Positions 8,906 to 23,490 are shown, numbered from the stretch's first letter. The stretch is 64,000 nt of DNA from an uncultured delta proteobacterium (GCA_963724765.1 CAVRVY010000003.1:1056001-1120000); one strand, 5' to 3'. The notes: generated by a model not told the origin, from the letters alone. Made by a program: numbers and translations.

Positions 8906-11869
8906 TCACCCGTCGCGCGACATTTCGATGCGAAAGCATTCATCGAAGGTCGCGCGGATGCGGGTGCGGCGGGCTTCGAGCTCGGCCAGCAGCCGCGCCG
9001 CGCCGTCGGTATCGCGGTAGCCCATCCGGCGCGCCAGCGGGCCCAGGCTTTCCGGCGCGATCGAGAGCGCCCACGCGGCCTGGTCGGTCTCGATGCGCAG
9101 CCGGTTCTCCAGGCGCGAGAGGAAACGGTAGTCGGCTTCCAATTGCGCGGCCGCGTGATGTTCGAGCAGCCCGCACCGGCCGATCCCGCGGACCAGCGCG
9201 ACGGTGGCTCGGCTGGTCAACTCCGGATGCGCGTGGCCGTAGCGCAGCGCCATCATCTGGGTCAGGAATTCGACGTCGACCAGGCCGCCGCGGCCCTGCT
9301 TGATGTTGAGACTGCCGCGTCCGTCAGCGCCAAGCTCGCGCTCAAGGCGCAGGCGCATCGCCGCGATCTCGCCAACCTCCGCGCGGCTCAATCCGCGGCC
9401 GAAGACGAATTCGCGCCGCGCCGCTTCGACCTCCGCACCCAACTCGGGTTCGCCCGCGATGACGCGCGCGCGCACCAGCGCTTGGCGCTCCCAGACCGCC
9501 GAGGAGTTGGTGCGATGGTAGTCGCGAAAGCCGTCGAGCGAGGCCACCAGCGGTCCGGCGTTGCCCGAGGGACGCAGCCGGAGGTCGATCTTGTAGGCGT
9601 AGCCCTCGCGCGTGCGCGCTTCGAGCACGGCGATGAACTTCTGCACAATCCTGGAGGCGGCCACGCGGCTGCTCTCGGCCACTTCGCCGCGGTCGTGGTA
9701 GACAAAAATAAGATCGAGGTCCGAATTGTAGGACATCTCGGCCGCGCCCAGCCGGCCCATCGCAACCGCCGCCAGCTCCAGCGCCGGCGGCAGCGGGATG
9801 CGCGCCGCTATTTCGGCCCGCGCCAGTTCGAGCGCGCGCCGCAGCACCACTTCGGCGAGCAGGCCAAGCTCGGCCTGCACCGCGTCGGCGTCGAGGTCGC
9901 CCGCGAGATCCGCGATCGCGATACGCAGGAACTCCTGGTGGCGGAAAGCGCGGATCGCGTCGAGACGGCTTTCGAGGTCGGGGCTTGCCACGAGCAGCCC
10001 GCGCAGCTCCTCGTCGAGTTCATCCAGCGAACGCCGCGGCCGCGCCAGGTCGGAGCGCACCAGCGTATCGATCATGTCGGGATGGCGAATGAAAATCGTC
10101 GAGAGGTAGGCGCTGGAGGCGAATAGGCTCAGCACCACGCGGCGGGTTGCGGGGTGCTGTTCGAGCAGCTCGAGGAAGGAGCTGCGTGCGCCGATCGCCG
10201 CGATGAACGACGCGAGGTTCATCAGCGCAAGGTCGGGATCGGCGAGCTCGCGAATCTCGTCGAGCAGCAGCGGGCCGAGGCGCTCGAGCAGCTCGCGCCG
10301 GCGCGGCGCGCCCGCCGCGATCGCATGTTCGGGGCCGCGCGCCAGCAGCAGCAGATGTCCCGCGCTCTCCTCGGGCCGCGCGAAGCCCAGCGCTTGCAGT
10401 ATTGGCGCCGACTGATGCGGATCGAGCGCACCGCGCCACGCGCGCTCGGCGGCTTCGGAAGCTGCGCGGCCGCCTCGATCCTCGGCAGCACCCAGCATCT
10501 CGCGGAACTGCGCGGCGACCATGGCACGATGATTCTGAAGTTCGGCCGCGAAACGGGCCACGGCCGCGGCATCCTTCCCGCGGCCCATCCGCGCCGCCAG
10601 CGCACGGCGGCCCGCGTCGTCGGCGGGCAGCACGTGGGTCTGGAGCGCGGCCACAATCTGCAGCTTGTGTTCGACATCGCGCAAAAAGAGATAGGCGGCC
10701 GCCAGTTCGCGGGCGCGGTCGGCGTTGAGATAGCCGAGCGCACCGAGACGCTCGAGCGCCGCCAGCGTCCGGGCGCTGCGCAGGCGCGGATCGCGACCGC
10801 CATAGACCAGGATGAGCGCCTGCACGATGAATTCCAGCTCGCGAATTCCGCCGTAGCCGAGCTTGATGTTGCGGTCGACCAGATCGGGCGCGCGCAGCTC
10901 ACGCTCGATCTGAAGCTTCATCGCGCGCAACTGGCGCAGCGTATCGAAGTCGAGGTAGCGGCGATAAACGAAGTGGCTGAGCTCGCCGAGCAGCCGCCGT
11001 CCGACCTCGAGCACGCCGGCCACCGGGCGCGCGCGCAGCAGCGCGGCCCGCTCCCAGGTTTCGCCGAAGCTCTGGTAGAAGCTGAGCGCGCCCCCAAACG
11101 GAGTGACCAGTGGCGCGTTTCTGCCGCCCGGACGCAGCCGCATGTCCACGCGAAAGCATTTCGCCGACAATAGCTCGGTCAGCGTCTCGCCCAGCCGTGC
11201 CACCGCCTCCGCCTCGGCGTCCGGGCCGTCGTAGACGTAGATCAGATCGATGTCGGAACTGAGGTTGAGTTCCTGCGCACCCAACTTGCCCATCCCGAGC
11301 ACGCAAAAGCCTTCGGCCGCGGGCGCTTTGCGGCCCACGATGAGCCGTGCGCAATCGAGCGCCGCCGAGATGCACTCATCGGCGAGCCGTGACATCGCAC
11401 GCATCGTAGCGGCCACATCGAGCCGCCCGACCAGATCGGCGATCGCGATTTGCAGAAACAGCCGCAGCTTGAATTCACCGAGCCGTCGCGCGGCTTCCTG
11501 CCGGTCCGCGGTGGGGCCGGCGGCAAAGCGGATGGCGCTGTCGATCGATTCGGCGCTCGCGCCGCGCGCCGCGCGAAAGAACTCAAGCCAACGCGGACCC
11601 ATCGCGCCGAGTCCTTGCGCGACCACCTCGGAGCCGCCCACGCATAGCACGAGGTCGCCCGCGAGGGCTTCATCGGCGAGCGCCGTTCTCAGCTCTGCCG
11701 GCGACTCCTCGACGAGCTTGAGCAGGGTCGCGAGCGCCAGGCGCTCGTCGGCGGCGCGATGGGCCACGGCCGCCGTGGCGGCGGCCGCCAGGCGCGGATC
11801 GCCGAGCAGGCGCGCAAGCTGCGCCGCCAGATCGCGAAGCTCGGGCGCGAGCACAACCGCTTCGGGCAT
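8906..11869 (-). CDS. glnE: Bifunctional glutamine synthetase adenylyltransferase/adenylyl-removing enzyme
   Basis: Two nucleotidyltransferase domains (GKLGAQELNLSSDIDL, GRLGAAEMSYNSDLDL), DMRLRP/DLRLRPSG, WERAAL/WERQAL. Confidence 0.95.
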   Translation of the reverse strand: MPEAVVLAPELRDLAAQLARLLGDPRLAAAATAAVAHRAADERLALATLLKLVEESPAELRTALADEALAGDLVLCVGGSEVVAQGLGAMGPRWLEFFRAARGASAESIDSAIRFAAGPTADRQEAARRLGEFKLRLFLQIAIADLVGRLDVAATMRAMSRLADECISAALDCARLIVGRKAPAAEGFCVLGMGKLGAQELNLSSDIDLIYVYDGPDAEAEAVARLGETLTELLSAKCFRVDMRLRPGGRNAPLVTPFGGALSFYQSFGETWERAALLRARPVAGVLEVGRRLLGELSHFVYRRYLDFDTLRQLRAMKLQIERELRAPDLVDRNIKLGYGGIRELEFIVQALILVYGGRDPRLRSARTLAALERLGALGYLNADRARELAAAYLFLRDVEHKLQIVAALQTHVLPADDAGRRALAARMGRGKDAAAVARFAAELQNHRAMVAAQFREMLGAAEDRGGRAASEAAERAWRGALDPHQSAPILQALGFARPEESAGHLLLLARGPEHAIAAGAPRRRELLERLGPLLLDEIRELADPDLALMNLASFIAAIGARSSFLELLEQHPATRRVVLSLFASSAYLSTIFIRHPDMIDTLVRSDLARPRRSLDELDEELRGLLVASPDLESRLDAIRAFRHQEFLRIAIADLAGDLDADAVQAELGLLAEVVLRRALELARAEIAARIPLPPALELAAVAMGRLGAAEMSYNSDLDLIFVYHDRGEVAESSRVAASRIVQKFIAVLEARTREGYAYKIDLRLRPSGNAGPLVASLDGFRDYHRTNSSAVWERQALVRARVIAGEPELGAEVEAARREFVFGRGLSRAEVGEIAAMRLRLERELGADGRGSLNIKQGRGGLVDVEFLTQMMALRYGHAHPELTSRATVALVRGIGRCGLLEHHAAAQLEADYRFLSRLENRLRIETDQAAWALSIAPESLGPLARRMGYRDTDGAARLLAELEARRTRIRATFDECFRIEMSRDG

Positions 11870-12015
11870 CGTCAGCTACAATAGCAGAGCCTCGCGCCGG
11901 CGCGCGCCCGGCGCAGAGTGCTCTATCCCAGGTCCCTAAGCCGCGATTGAGGCGATGGCAGCGCGACTCGAGGCGATGCTAGACTTCGGCAGAATCCGCC
12001 GGGAGGTTCGATTCC

Positions 12016-12690
12016 ATGATCGTCCTGTACACGACCGAGCGCGATTATCCGTGGGGTACGCTGCGCTCCACACACGCGAGCAAGACCAAAGTGGTGCTCG
12101 AGGAAAAGCGCCTCCGCTACCGGATCGAAAATCTGCGCCCCGGCGACCTCTGGAAGAAACCACCTGAGATGCTGGCACGCCATCCGCTCGGCAAGGTCCC
12201 TTATATCGAAGACGAGGGCGTGACGATCTATGACTCGACCGTGATCGATGAATATCTCGACGACCGTTACGGGCCGCCGCGTTTGCTGCCCGATGAGCCG
12301 CTGGCGCGCGCGTGGGTACGGGAACTCGAACAGTTCGCCGACGAGGCGTTGCTGGCCGCCGACCTGCCGCCCATCTGGATGGCCTATTGGAGCGAGCCCG
12401 ACAAGCGCGACGTCGAGCGCATGGAGAAGGGACGCGAGGGGCTGCGACGGCGCGATCTTCCGTTTATCGAAAGGGTACTCGGCGCCGCGCCTGCCGGCGG
12501 ATGTCTGTGCGGCGGCTTTTCGATGGCCGACGTTCCGATGATGGTGCTCGCGATGGTGCTCGAAGTCGACCGGTTGGCGCTGGACGAATTTCCGCGCGTC
12601 GAACGCTACCTCAGGGAATTGCGCTTGCGGCCGAGCTATCGCGCGATAAGTCCGCGCACCAGGGTCGCCGAAGCGAGCGAGTTGCGCTGA
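12016..12690 (+). CDS. Glutathione S-transferase family protein
   Basis: HPLGKVPYIED..IYDSTVIDEYLDD, LLP, FSMAD motifs; GGAGG SD. Confidence 0.85.
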   Translation: MIVLYTTERDYPWGTLRSTHASKTKVVLEEKRLRYRIENLRPGDLWKKPPEMLARHPLGKVPYIEDEGVTIYDSTVIDEYLDDRYGPPRLLPDEPLARAWVRELEQFADEALLAADLPPIWMAYWSEPDKRDVERMEKGREGLRRRDLPFIERVLGAAPAGGCLCGGFSMADVPMMVLAMVLEVDRLALDEFPRVERYLRELRLRPSYRAISPRTRVAEASELR

Positions 12691-12733
12691 AGGCAAGCGC
12701 GTAGCGCCCGTTAACGGCGTCGGCGCGCGCGCG

Positions 12734-13864
12734 TCAGGACTCGTTGCGGCGACGCGTAGCGGCCGCTGCGCTGCGGCGATGCGAGTCGGAAACCTGCTTT
12801 ACGTGAGCGCGATGATGGCGAGAGCGGAAGTGATGAATGATGCGCCGCAGAATCGGCGATGACGCCACCGGCGGCGGCGCCTCTTCGCTCTCGATTCCAG
12901 GAAAGTACTTATCCTCGTAACGGTGAACCTGGTCGGCGGCCAGGAACTCGGCGTAATAGTTCTTGACGGCGAAGCCGAAGTGCGGGCCGTTATAGTCCTG
13001 CACGATTTTCATGAAGTCGCTGGCGTATTCAGAGGCCGCGCGCTCCATTCCGGCCGTCCCATAATTGTAGGCAGTAATCGCGAGCGGCCAGCTCCCCAGC
13101 GCCTGGTAGTTAGATTGTAAAAGCTCCGCGGCCGCCTGCGTCGAACGCACCGGGTCGAGCCGGTCGTCACGGTAGCGCGTGATTTGCAGGAACTCGCGGC
13201 CGGTGGCGCGGGTGAATTGCCAGATACCCAACGCGCCGGCGCTCGAGCGCACGCGCGCTGAGAAGCCGGACTCGACTGACGCCAGCGCCACCAGCTCCGG
13301 CGGCAACCCGGCCCGCGCGAACACCTGCTCCATCCTGGGCCGGTAGTAACGGCTGCGCAGGAGCGCGTCATGAAATTGCTCGCTCAGGCCCTGCTGCACG
13401 CGTAAATTTTCCGCCGCGCGAGCGTAAGCCGATGCAGGCTGTCCCTTGAACATCGCGGCGACCCGCTGTTCCTCCCATCCAATCGGTTGCTGCCCCGTGG
13501 CGAGGCGGTTGAGGATGTCCCCGTACTTGGCTTTCAGGTAGGCGTTGGCCCACTCGATCTCTTCGCCGCTCGGAGCGCCGTCGCCCGACACATGAAATTT
13601 CTGGTAGATCAGCGAAACATTGTCGCGGTCGTGAACAATAAAGTCGCGATCCCCCCAGAAAGTGAAGGCTTTGACCCAGAAATCGATGTTGGGTTCGAGT
13701 GCGGCAGGCCGAGGGAAAGGTGACGGCTTGACGCTCGTCTTGAGAATCGAAACCTCGCTAGCGGCCTGCGCAATTGCGCGCGGCAAAACGATCAACAAGA
13801 TCGCGATTACAGCAGCGATGGCCGCCCGGGTGATTTGCCCAATTGCTGGCTTTGTTCTCGGCAT
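12734..13864 (-). CDS. Lytic transglycosylase (SLT domain, MltD-like, no LysM)
   Basis: Catalytic VESGF, SSAGALGIWQF, DDRLDP, LAITAYNYG; N-terminal signal. Confidence 0.9.
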   Translation of the reverse strand: MPRTKPAIGQITRAAIAAVIAILLIVLPRAIAQAASEVSILKTSVKPSPFPRPAALEPNIDFWVKAFTFWGDRDFIVHDRDNVSLIYQKFHVSGDGAPSGEEIEWANAYLKAKYGDILNRLATGQQPIGWEEQRVAAMFKGQPASAYARAAENLRVQQGLSEQFHDALLRSRYYRPRMEQVFARAGLPPELVALASVESGFSARVRSSAGALGIWQFTRATGREFLQITRYRDDRLDPVRSTQAAAELLQSNYQALGSWPLAITAYNYGTAGMERAASEYASDFMKIVQDYNGPHFGFAVKNYYAEFLAADQVHRYEDKYFPGIESEEAPPPVASSPILRRIIHHFRSRHHRAHVKQVSDSHRRSAAAATRRRNES

Positions 13865-14128
13865 CTCCGCCCTCTGCCGCTATCGTCACTCACCAGGCAC
13901 GCGCGCGGCTGTCCCCCCGCTCGGCGCCGATATCAACGTATACCAATTATGCCTAGGAGCTTTGGTAGTCAACAAAATGCTTTGACGTATCAATCCAAAC
14001 CTTCTGACGTTGCCACGCTACGCCTATCTTAGGGGAAGAGAATTGAGGAATTCCCGAAACGTGGCGGCGCGAGTGTCAGCTTGAGTTGGGTTTGCACGCG
14101 CAGCTAAGCTCGCGATCGAAGCATCCAC

Positions 14129-15418
14129 GTGGACGAAATCAAAATAGTTCCGCTGCGGCATCCGATAGCCGCGTCCATCAGGGTCCCCGGTTCCAAGAGC
14201 ATCACCAACCGCGCGCTGTTGCTGGCCGCGATGGCCGACGGGCGTTCAAATATTTCCGGTGCGGGCCTCAATGACGACACGCGCCGGATGGCGGCCGCGC
14301 TCGGCACGCTCGGTTTCGACCTCACCGTTGACGAGGCCGGGGCGCGAATTACCGTGGACGGTCGCGGCGGCGTCGTCCCGGCGCACGGCGGAGATCTGGA
14401 CGCCGGTGGTGCGGGGACCGCGATGCGCTTTCTGCTCGGCTTTCTGACGTTGGGACGCGGGCATTTCCGGCTCGACGGCAATCAGCGAATGCGCGAGCGT
14501 CCGATCGGTCCGCTGCTCGATGCGCTGGCGGCGCTCGGCGCCCCGGTGCGAGCCGAACGGGAAAATGGATGTCCGCCGGTGATAATCGAAGTTGGCGAGG
14601 GCGGCGTGCGCGGCGGCGCGGCGCGAATCGACGCCGCGCTTTCCTCCCAATTCGTCTCGGCGCTGCTGATGCCGGCACCGCTGTGGCCGCGAGGGCTCAA
14701 ACTCATGGTCACCGGCGAGGCCGCGCAGCCATTCATCACGATGACCCTGCGGCTGATGGAGCGATGGGGCGCGAGTGGAACGATGCGCAGCGGCGAAATC
14801 GTCGTACCGGGCGGTCAACGCTACACGGCGCAACCAAACTTCGAGGTCGAGCCCGACGCCTCGAGCGCGAGCTACTTCGCCGCGGCGGCCGCGCTGGTTG
14901 GCGGCAGCGTCATGCTAGTGGGACTCAGCGCCGACTCGGTGCAGGGCGATATCGCGTTCATGAAGCTGCTGGAGCGGATGGGCGCGCACGTCGAGTGGCG
15001 CGAGGATGGGGTGAAGGTAAGCGGCCGCGGGACTCTCAGCGGCGCCGATGTCGCGATGGGCGGAATGCCGGATTTGGTACCGACGCTCGCTGCGATCGCC
15101 CCGTTTTGTTCGTCGCCCACGCGGATTCGCGGCGTCTCCTTCATCCGCCATCACGAGAGCGACCGCCTGCGGGCGCTCGCCACCGAACTTCACCGGCTTG
15201 GCGCGTCGGTCCATGAATGCGAGGACGGGATGCTGATCGAGCCGTCGCAGATTGGCGCGGCGGCGGTCGATACCTACGACGACCATCGGATCGCGATGGC
15301 GTTTGCGGTGGCGGGGTTGAAGACCGCCGGCATCAGCATCAGGAATCCCGGATGCGTCTCCAAGACCTACCCGAATTTTTTCCGCGACCTCGCTCGGCTA
15401 TCGAGCCCGCAAGCGTAG
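14129..15418 (+). CDS. aroA: EPSP synthase
   Basis: PGSKSITNR, AGTAMRF, SSQFVSALL, ESDR, DDHRIAMAF, VSKTYP. Confidence 0.95.
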   Translation: MDEIKIVPLRHPIAASIRVPGSKSITNRALLLAAMADGRSNISGAGLNDDTRRMAAALGTLGFDLTVDEAGARITVDGRGGVVPAHGGDLDAGGAGTAMRFLLGFLTLGRGHFRLDGNQRMRERPIGPLLDALAALGAPVRAERENGCPPVIIEVGEGGVRGGAARIDAALSSQFVSALLMPAPLWPRGLKLMVTGEAAQPFITMTLRLMERWGASGTMRSGEIVVPGGQRYTAQPNFEVEPDASSASYFAAAAALVGGSVMLVGLSADSVQGDIAFMKLLERMGAHVEWREDGVKVSGRGTLSGADVAMGGMPDLVPTLAAIAPFCSSPTRIRGVSFIRHHESDRLRALATELHRLGASVHECEDGMLIEPSQIGAAAVDTYDDHRIAMAFAVAGLKTAGISIRNPGCVSKTYPNFFRDLARLSSPQA

Positions 15419-15492
15419 CGCGTCACCGTTCTCCGGCTGAAAAATCAATGAGGAGTTGTTCACGCGTTCACGAACGACCCTACAAATTCTGG

Positions 15493-15580
15493 CCCCTCTC
15501 CTTGTCCAGAAGAGCTTTGCCTAACTTGCGACGATCCCTTCCGACCCCTCTCCTTGTCCAAGGAGGGGGTTGGGGAGAGG
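15493..15580. repeat. REP-like palindromic element, one full and one partial copy, between convergent aroA and atpC
   Basis: CCCCTCTCCTTGTCCA at 15493 and 15545. The second copy forms the hairpin CCCCTCTCCTTG-TC-CAAGGAGGGGG followed by TTGGGGAGAGG, resembling the widespread CCCTCTCCC..GGGAGAGGG intergenic repeats. Confidence 0.6.
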
Positions 15581-15616
15581 TCCAATGATCGCTTTACGCG
15601 ATCCGCGCGAAGTGCG

Positions 15617-16039
15617 CTAGTGCGACGGCGCGCGGCGGGATTCGGCGACGTCGTGGCGCGCCCGCAGCACCATCACCGATTGCTTCTCGTCATCGTAATT
15701 TGAATCGAACACGCTCATCTGCGACAGCCGTTCCTCGGCGGTGCGCAATTCGGTCTCGTCGATGGGCGCGACCTTCTCGGGCGGCTCCGCGGTTTGCGCG
15801 AGCGCCGTCATCACGCCGTCCTTGACCTCGACCAGTCCACCCGTGACCAGGTACTCCAGCGTCTGCCCCTCAGCGGTCCGGATCGTCAGCAGGCCCGGCA
15901 CCAGCGAGGTGATGTAGTTGGTGTGGTCGGCGAGCACGCCGAACTCGCCGAGCGGATTGACCGCGTTTACCTGTTCGGCCTGACCGTCGAACAGCACGCC
16001 GGTCGGCGTCACAAGCTTGAATGCGAACGTCGTCGCCAT
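15617..16039 (-). CDS. atpC: ATP synthase F1 epsilon subunit
   Basis: LVTPTG, GEFGVLADH, GGLVEV; follows atpD. Confidence 0.93.
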   Translation of the reverse strand: MATTFAFKLVTPTGVLFDGQAEQVNAVNPLGEFGVLADHTNYITSLVPGLLTIRTAEGQTLEYLVTGGLVEVKDGVMTALAQTAEPPEKVAPIDETELRTAEERLSQMSVFDSNYDDEKQSVMVLRARHDVAESRRAPSH

Positions 16040-16093
16040 CGCGATTCGCTACCCGTCCCGATTCCCTGGCATGCCGCTTGGGCGCCGGCGCGC

Positions 16094-18441
<2,348 letters not shown>

Positions 18442-18463
18442 CCTTGCTTACTGCGCGTGGCGG

Positions 18464-20017
<1,554 letters not shown>

Positions 20018-20040
20018 GGCAGTTGGTTTTTTGGGCCGCC

Positions 20041-20577
20041 TCAGCCCACCAGCCGGCGCTCGGCTTCGCTAAGCCGCGTGGCCAGGCTGCCGTCGTAGAT
20101 TTTTCCCTCCAGCTCGGCTACGACGCCGCCGAGCAACGCTTGGTCTACCTTCACGGTCGCGATCACGGTCTTGCGCACCATCGCTTCGAGCCCGCGCACC
20201 ACGGCCTCGGTGTCCTCCGACTTCGGCTCGCGCGCGAAAGTCAGCGTGGCGCGCGCCCGGCCGAGCAGCACGTCGAGCTGGTCCTGATAGGACTGGGAGA
20301 CCGCGATCAGGTCGGCGATCCGCCCATGGCGCGCCACCACCACCGCCAGCGAGCGCAGCGGATAGCTCAAATCCAGCCGCTCGGCGATCTTCGCCATCGC
20401 TTCGATCCGCGCCTCATGCGAGACCTCGGGCGAGGCCAGGCGCAAGGCGATTTCAGGCGCATCCGCGATCCGCGCCAGACGCTCGAGCTCGGTGCCCCAG
20501 GTCTCCAACTGGCCGTGATCTTCGGACAGCCCGAGCAGGGCACGCGCGTAACGCTTGGCTACTCGCGTACCTTTCAC
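20041..20577 (-). CDS. atpH: ATP synthase F1 delta subunit
   Basis: [20 protein letters not shown]. Confidence 0.93.
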   Translation of the reverse strand: MKGTRVAKRYARALLGLSEDHGQLETWGTELERLARIADAPEIALRLASPEVSHEARIEAMAKIAERLDLSYPLRSLAVVVARHGRIADLIAVSQSYQDQLDVLLGRARATLTFAREPKSEDTEAVVRGLEAMVRKTVIATVKVDQALLGGVVAELEGKIYDGSLATRLSEAERRLVG

Positions 20578-21224
20578 CGATGCGCCTCTTGCGCGAGCTT
20601 TTCCTCGAAGCCGCGGAGCAGGCGCGCCTGGTCATCGTCGTTGAAGCTCTTGACCATCAGGTCGCGTGCGAGGCGCCCGGTAGTTTCGGCGAGCATCGCG
20701 CGGACGTGGCGCTGCGCGGACTCGGTTATCGCGGCACCGGTGAGCTCGGTGTCGCGGACGATGCGTAGCGCGGTTTCGCGCGCGATCTCGCGGATCCGAT
20801 TGGCCATGTAGGCCGTTTCGGCGTCGAGGTCAGCGCGGAGCTGTTGCTTTTCGGCCTCGAGTTTCGACATCCGCTCGGCCGCGCGATTGGCCAGGTCCTG
20901 CGCTTGCTTATAAACCCCCTCGGCGCGGGCTAAGGTGTCCCTGATACTGCTCGCGCGGTCGGCAAAAAATTTGCGCGCCGCGGGACCCGCGTAGTGCACG
21001 AGAAGCCATACGAAGATGGCGAAGTTGATGACGTAGAAAAGCAGTGAGAGCCACGAGCCGGTTTCGGCCGCCTCGCCGCCGCCGCCCTCGGCGCACCATC
21101 CCGCGGTGGGCAGGAGCAAGACGGCGCAGGTCAATACTGTAGCGCCTATAGCGCCGCACTTTTTCGCGATGACGCTCCGCTTGGCGATCAAGCTGCGCTT
21201 TATGCTGATCACGCTATGTTGCAT
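20574..21224 (-). CDS. atpF: ATP synthase F0 subunit b, with signal-like N-terminal extension
   Basis: INFAIFVWLL TM segment followed by coiled coil; position before atpH. Confidence 0.85.
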   Translation of the reverse strand: MQHSVISIKRSLIAKRSVIAKKCGAIGATVLTCAVLLLPTAGWCAEGGGGEAAETGSWLSLLFYVINFAIFVWLLVHYAGPAARKFFADRASSIRDTLARAEGVYKQAQDLANRAAERMSKLEAEKQQLRADLDAETAYMANRIREIARETALRIVRDTELTGAAITESAQRHVRAMLAETTGRLARDLMVKSFNDDDQARLLRGFEEKLAQEAHR

Positions 21225-21227
21225 CGG

Positions 21228-21698
21228 TTAGTTGTTCGATGTCCCTTGTGCGCCTTGCGCGTCGCCGTCAACCGGACGGCCCAGAACACGCCCCGCGAGC
21301 TCCACGGCGAGAACCCGGCTGAGCCGCTCGAGTTCGCGCTCGCCTGCGCGCAGTTCATCTTCAATTCCGGCTCTGACACGCTCCAGGGCGCTGTGAGCCT
21401 CGGTCTTGGCCTCCTCGATCAATCGTGCGGCGTCCGCCTCGGCCTTGCGTCGCTCGGCCTCACGCATGGCCAGCGCCTCGCGCCGCAACTCCACCAGTTG
21501 ACGGTCGCGCTCCTGGCCAGCAGCTTTCTCCTCTTTGAGCAGTTGCTCCGCGCGCGCGCTCAGGTCCTTGAGCTTGTTCTCGCGGTCGCTGAGCAACTTG
21601 AGGAAAGGGCCGAAAAAAAGTCGATCGAATATAAACCAGAAAACAAGGAATGACACAATCAGGGTGGAGAAAATTCCCCAGTCGGGCGGAATGTGCAT
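21228..21698 (-). CDS. ATP synthase F0 subunit b'
   Basis: Start reassigned to MHIPPDWG (ATG 21698); TM helix then FGPF..R coiled coil. Confidence 0.85.
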   Translation of the reverse strand: MHIPPDWGIFSTLIVSFLVFWFIFDRLFFGPFLKLLSDRENKLKDLSARAEQLLKEEKAAGQERDRQLVELRREALAMREAERRKAEADAARLIEEAKTEAHSALERVRAGIEDELRAGERELERLSRVLAVELAGRVLGRPVDGDAQGAQGTSNN

Positions 21699-21826
21699 TT
21701 TACGGCGTCTCCCGTGCGGGATGGATACGGTTTTGACCGGCGCGCAAGACCGCTGTAGGCGGGCTACCGAGCGCCGGAGGCTGGCTGTCGGGCCGGACGG
21801 ACCGGACGTACCAGAGTTGTGGGCTG

Positions 21827-22372
21827 TCAGGCCTGCTTCTGACCTCCGGCCTGCGCCACCATGCGCTCCTCCTTGGGAAACACGGTGACCTTTCGATCCT
21901 CGCGCGCAGCCTCGGGCTGCATCGCACAATGGCCCTCGAAAACGGCGCCTTCGTGCACCACCAGCACGGGCGCGGTCAGGTTGCCTACGACCTTGGCCGA
22001 GGGGCGAATTTCGATCCGCTGACCGGCGGTGATATCGCCGCTGACCTTGCCCGCCACGATGATCGAGGCCGCCTTGATTTGCGCCGTCACTACGGCGCTC
22101 TCGCCAATCATGACGCTATCCTTGGCGATGATTTCGCCGTCAACCTGGCCGTCGATCCGTGCGGGCCCCTCGAAACTGAGCTTGCCGCTCACTTTCGAGC
22201 CTTGATCCAGATAGGCGCGCGCCTCCAACGGAGCCGCCGCATTCTGGCGTGGCGGGGCTATCCGGCCCTCGGGCGCGGGCGATGGCGGCGGTATCGGCAC
22301 GGCCTGCGGCTGCGGCCTCACGGCCGGGTCGGGTCGAACGTTCTTTTCCGGTTCCTTATTGAAAAGCGCCAT
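21827..22372 (-). CDS. Bactofilin (polymer-forming cytoskeletal protein)
   Basis: Start at MALFNKE after GAGGGAG SD; beta-helix repeats GKLSFEG.RIDG.VDGEI..IGESAVV..IVAGKVSGDI..HEGAVFEG.C.M. Confidence 0.9.
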   Translation of the reverse strand: MALFNKEPEKNVRPDPAVRPQPQAVPIPPPSPAPEGRIAPPRQNAAAPLEARAYLDQGSKVSGKLSFEGPARIDGQVDGEIIAKDSVMIGESAVVTAQIKAASIIVAGKVSGDITAGQRIEIRPSAKVVGNLTAPVLVVHEGAVFEGHCAMQPEAAREDRKVTVFPKEERMVAQAGGQKQA

Positions 22373-22738
22373 TTCACCACTCCCTCGAGGGCCCAGCCCA
22401 AGGCCGCACGGTCCACAGTTTAGGCTTCGCTCATAGCCAATACAAATGACGGAGTCAATCCGTTCCGCCGGCTGCGATTCCCGGCAACTCAACAATGGCT
22501 GATATCGGCTAGCGCTGGCAACCCGTCTATCTCTATCTGGGTTGTCTATCCGGACTGGCCCAGGCCTCCGGAGGGCGGATCCCACGAGGATCCTTTTGCA
22601 GCATCCTTTTGGCGGCAGCCCTTTGAGGAACGCAAATTCTTGGGGCTTGCGGCGCTTATCGTAAGGATTGCCCCGATGCTATGCTGGCAGCGGTAATCTG
22701 ACGTTTAATTCGACATCGCTCCAACCAATGAGGAAGCC

Positions 22739-23140
22739 ATGGCAGCAATTCCGCAGCAGTATCTCGATCTCCTATCACCCAGCAAAAAAGCCTTCGCACA
22801 TCTCGCGACCCTGATGAAGGACGGCTCGCCCCAGGTGACGCCGGTGTGGTTGGACTTTACCGACGGGATGATCCGCGTGAACACGGCACGCGGCCGCGTG
22901 AAGGACCGCAACCTGAAAGTTGGCTCGCGCGTCGCACTCTCGATCGCGGATCCCGACAACCCGTACCGTTACGTGCAGATTCGCGGCAAGGTCGTGAAGG
23001 AAACCGAGCAGGGCGCCGACGCCCATATCGATTCGCTGGCCAAGAAGTACATGGGCGTTGACTCCTATCCCTACCGCAATGCCGCCGAGAAGCGCGTGAT
23101 CTACTATATCGAGCCAGTCTCGGGACAGGGCATGAATTAA
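22739..23140 (+). CDS. PPOX class F420-dependent oxidoreductase
   Basis: ATLMKDGSPQVTPVW, GRVKDRNL, DPDNPYRYVQIRG, IDSLAKKY. Confidence 0.85.
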   Translation: MAAIPQQYLDLLSPSKKAFAHLATLMKDGSPQVTPVWLDFTDGMIRVNTARGRVKDRNLKVGSRVALSIADPDNPYRYVQIRGKVVKETEQGADAHIDSLAKKYMGVDSYPYRNAAEKRVIYYIEPVSGQGMN

Positions 23141-23191
23141 CAGATTGGGTCGATTCGATCTGGTCGATTCGATTTGGTCAATGATAGGCCG

Positions 23192-23219
23192 GGATCGGCG
23201 GTAACCGCGCCGCCGATCC
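23192..23219. terminator. Strong hairpin between convergent genes
   Basis: Perfect 10-bp stem GGATCGGCGG / CCGCCGATCC; no U-tract. Confidence 0.5.
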
Positions 23220-23280
23220 GCGGTGCTCGCGCGCGGCCGGCGGGCAGCGGTGGCTCGATTGGGCGCGCCCGGCGCCGCGC

Positions 23281-23490
23281 TCAGTGCACCGTGCGCTTGT
23301 CTTCCTGCTGAATCGTGCTGCCGCAGGTCGATCCGCAGTGCGGACAGACGTACTCGTACTTGTCGCCCTCGGGCAGGATCAGCAATAGGCGCTTGCGCAC
23401 CGCGACCGCGCGCTTGCACTTGGGACAAGCGAGCAGCGATGCTTCCATCCGCTCGAAGGCCGGCCTGCGTTGGTCTCTGGTTCCCGGCAT
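23281..23490 (-). CDS. Small zinc-ribbon protein (CxxC..CxxC)
   Basis: CPKC..VRKRLLLILPEGDKYEYVCPHCG. Start taken at MPGTRDQ; an alternative is MEASLL. Confidence 0.7.
   Translation of the reverse strand: MPGTRDQRRPAFERMEASLLACPKCKRAVAVRKRLLLILPEGDKYEYVCPHCGSTCGSTIQQEDKRTVH

Noticed and set aside
8615-10126. Long antisense ORFs (for example 503 aa opposite glnE, and others opposite atpD, lysA, argH)
   Set aside because: Shadow frames expected from high GC3 codon bias; no protein motifs.
12001-12018. GGTTCGATTCC resembling a tRNA T-loop
   Set aside because: No 5-bp T stem or cloverleaf; it is the GGAGG SD and spacer of the GST gene.
22440-22680. Several hairpins upstream of bactofilin as a riboswitch
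   Set aside because: No conserved aptamer motif recognised, and such hairpins are expected at this GC content.
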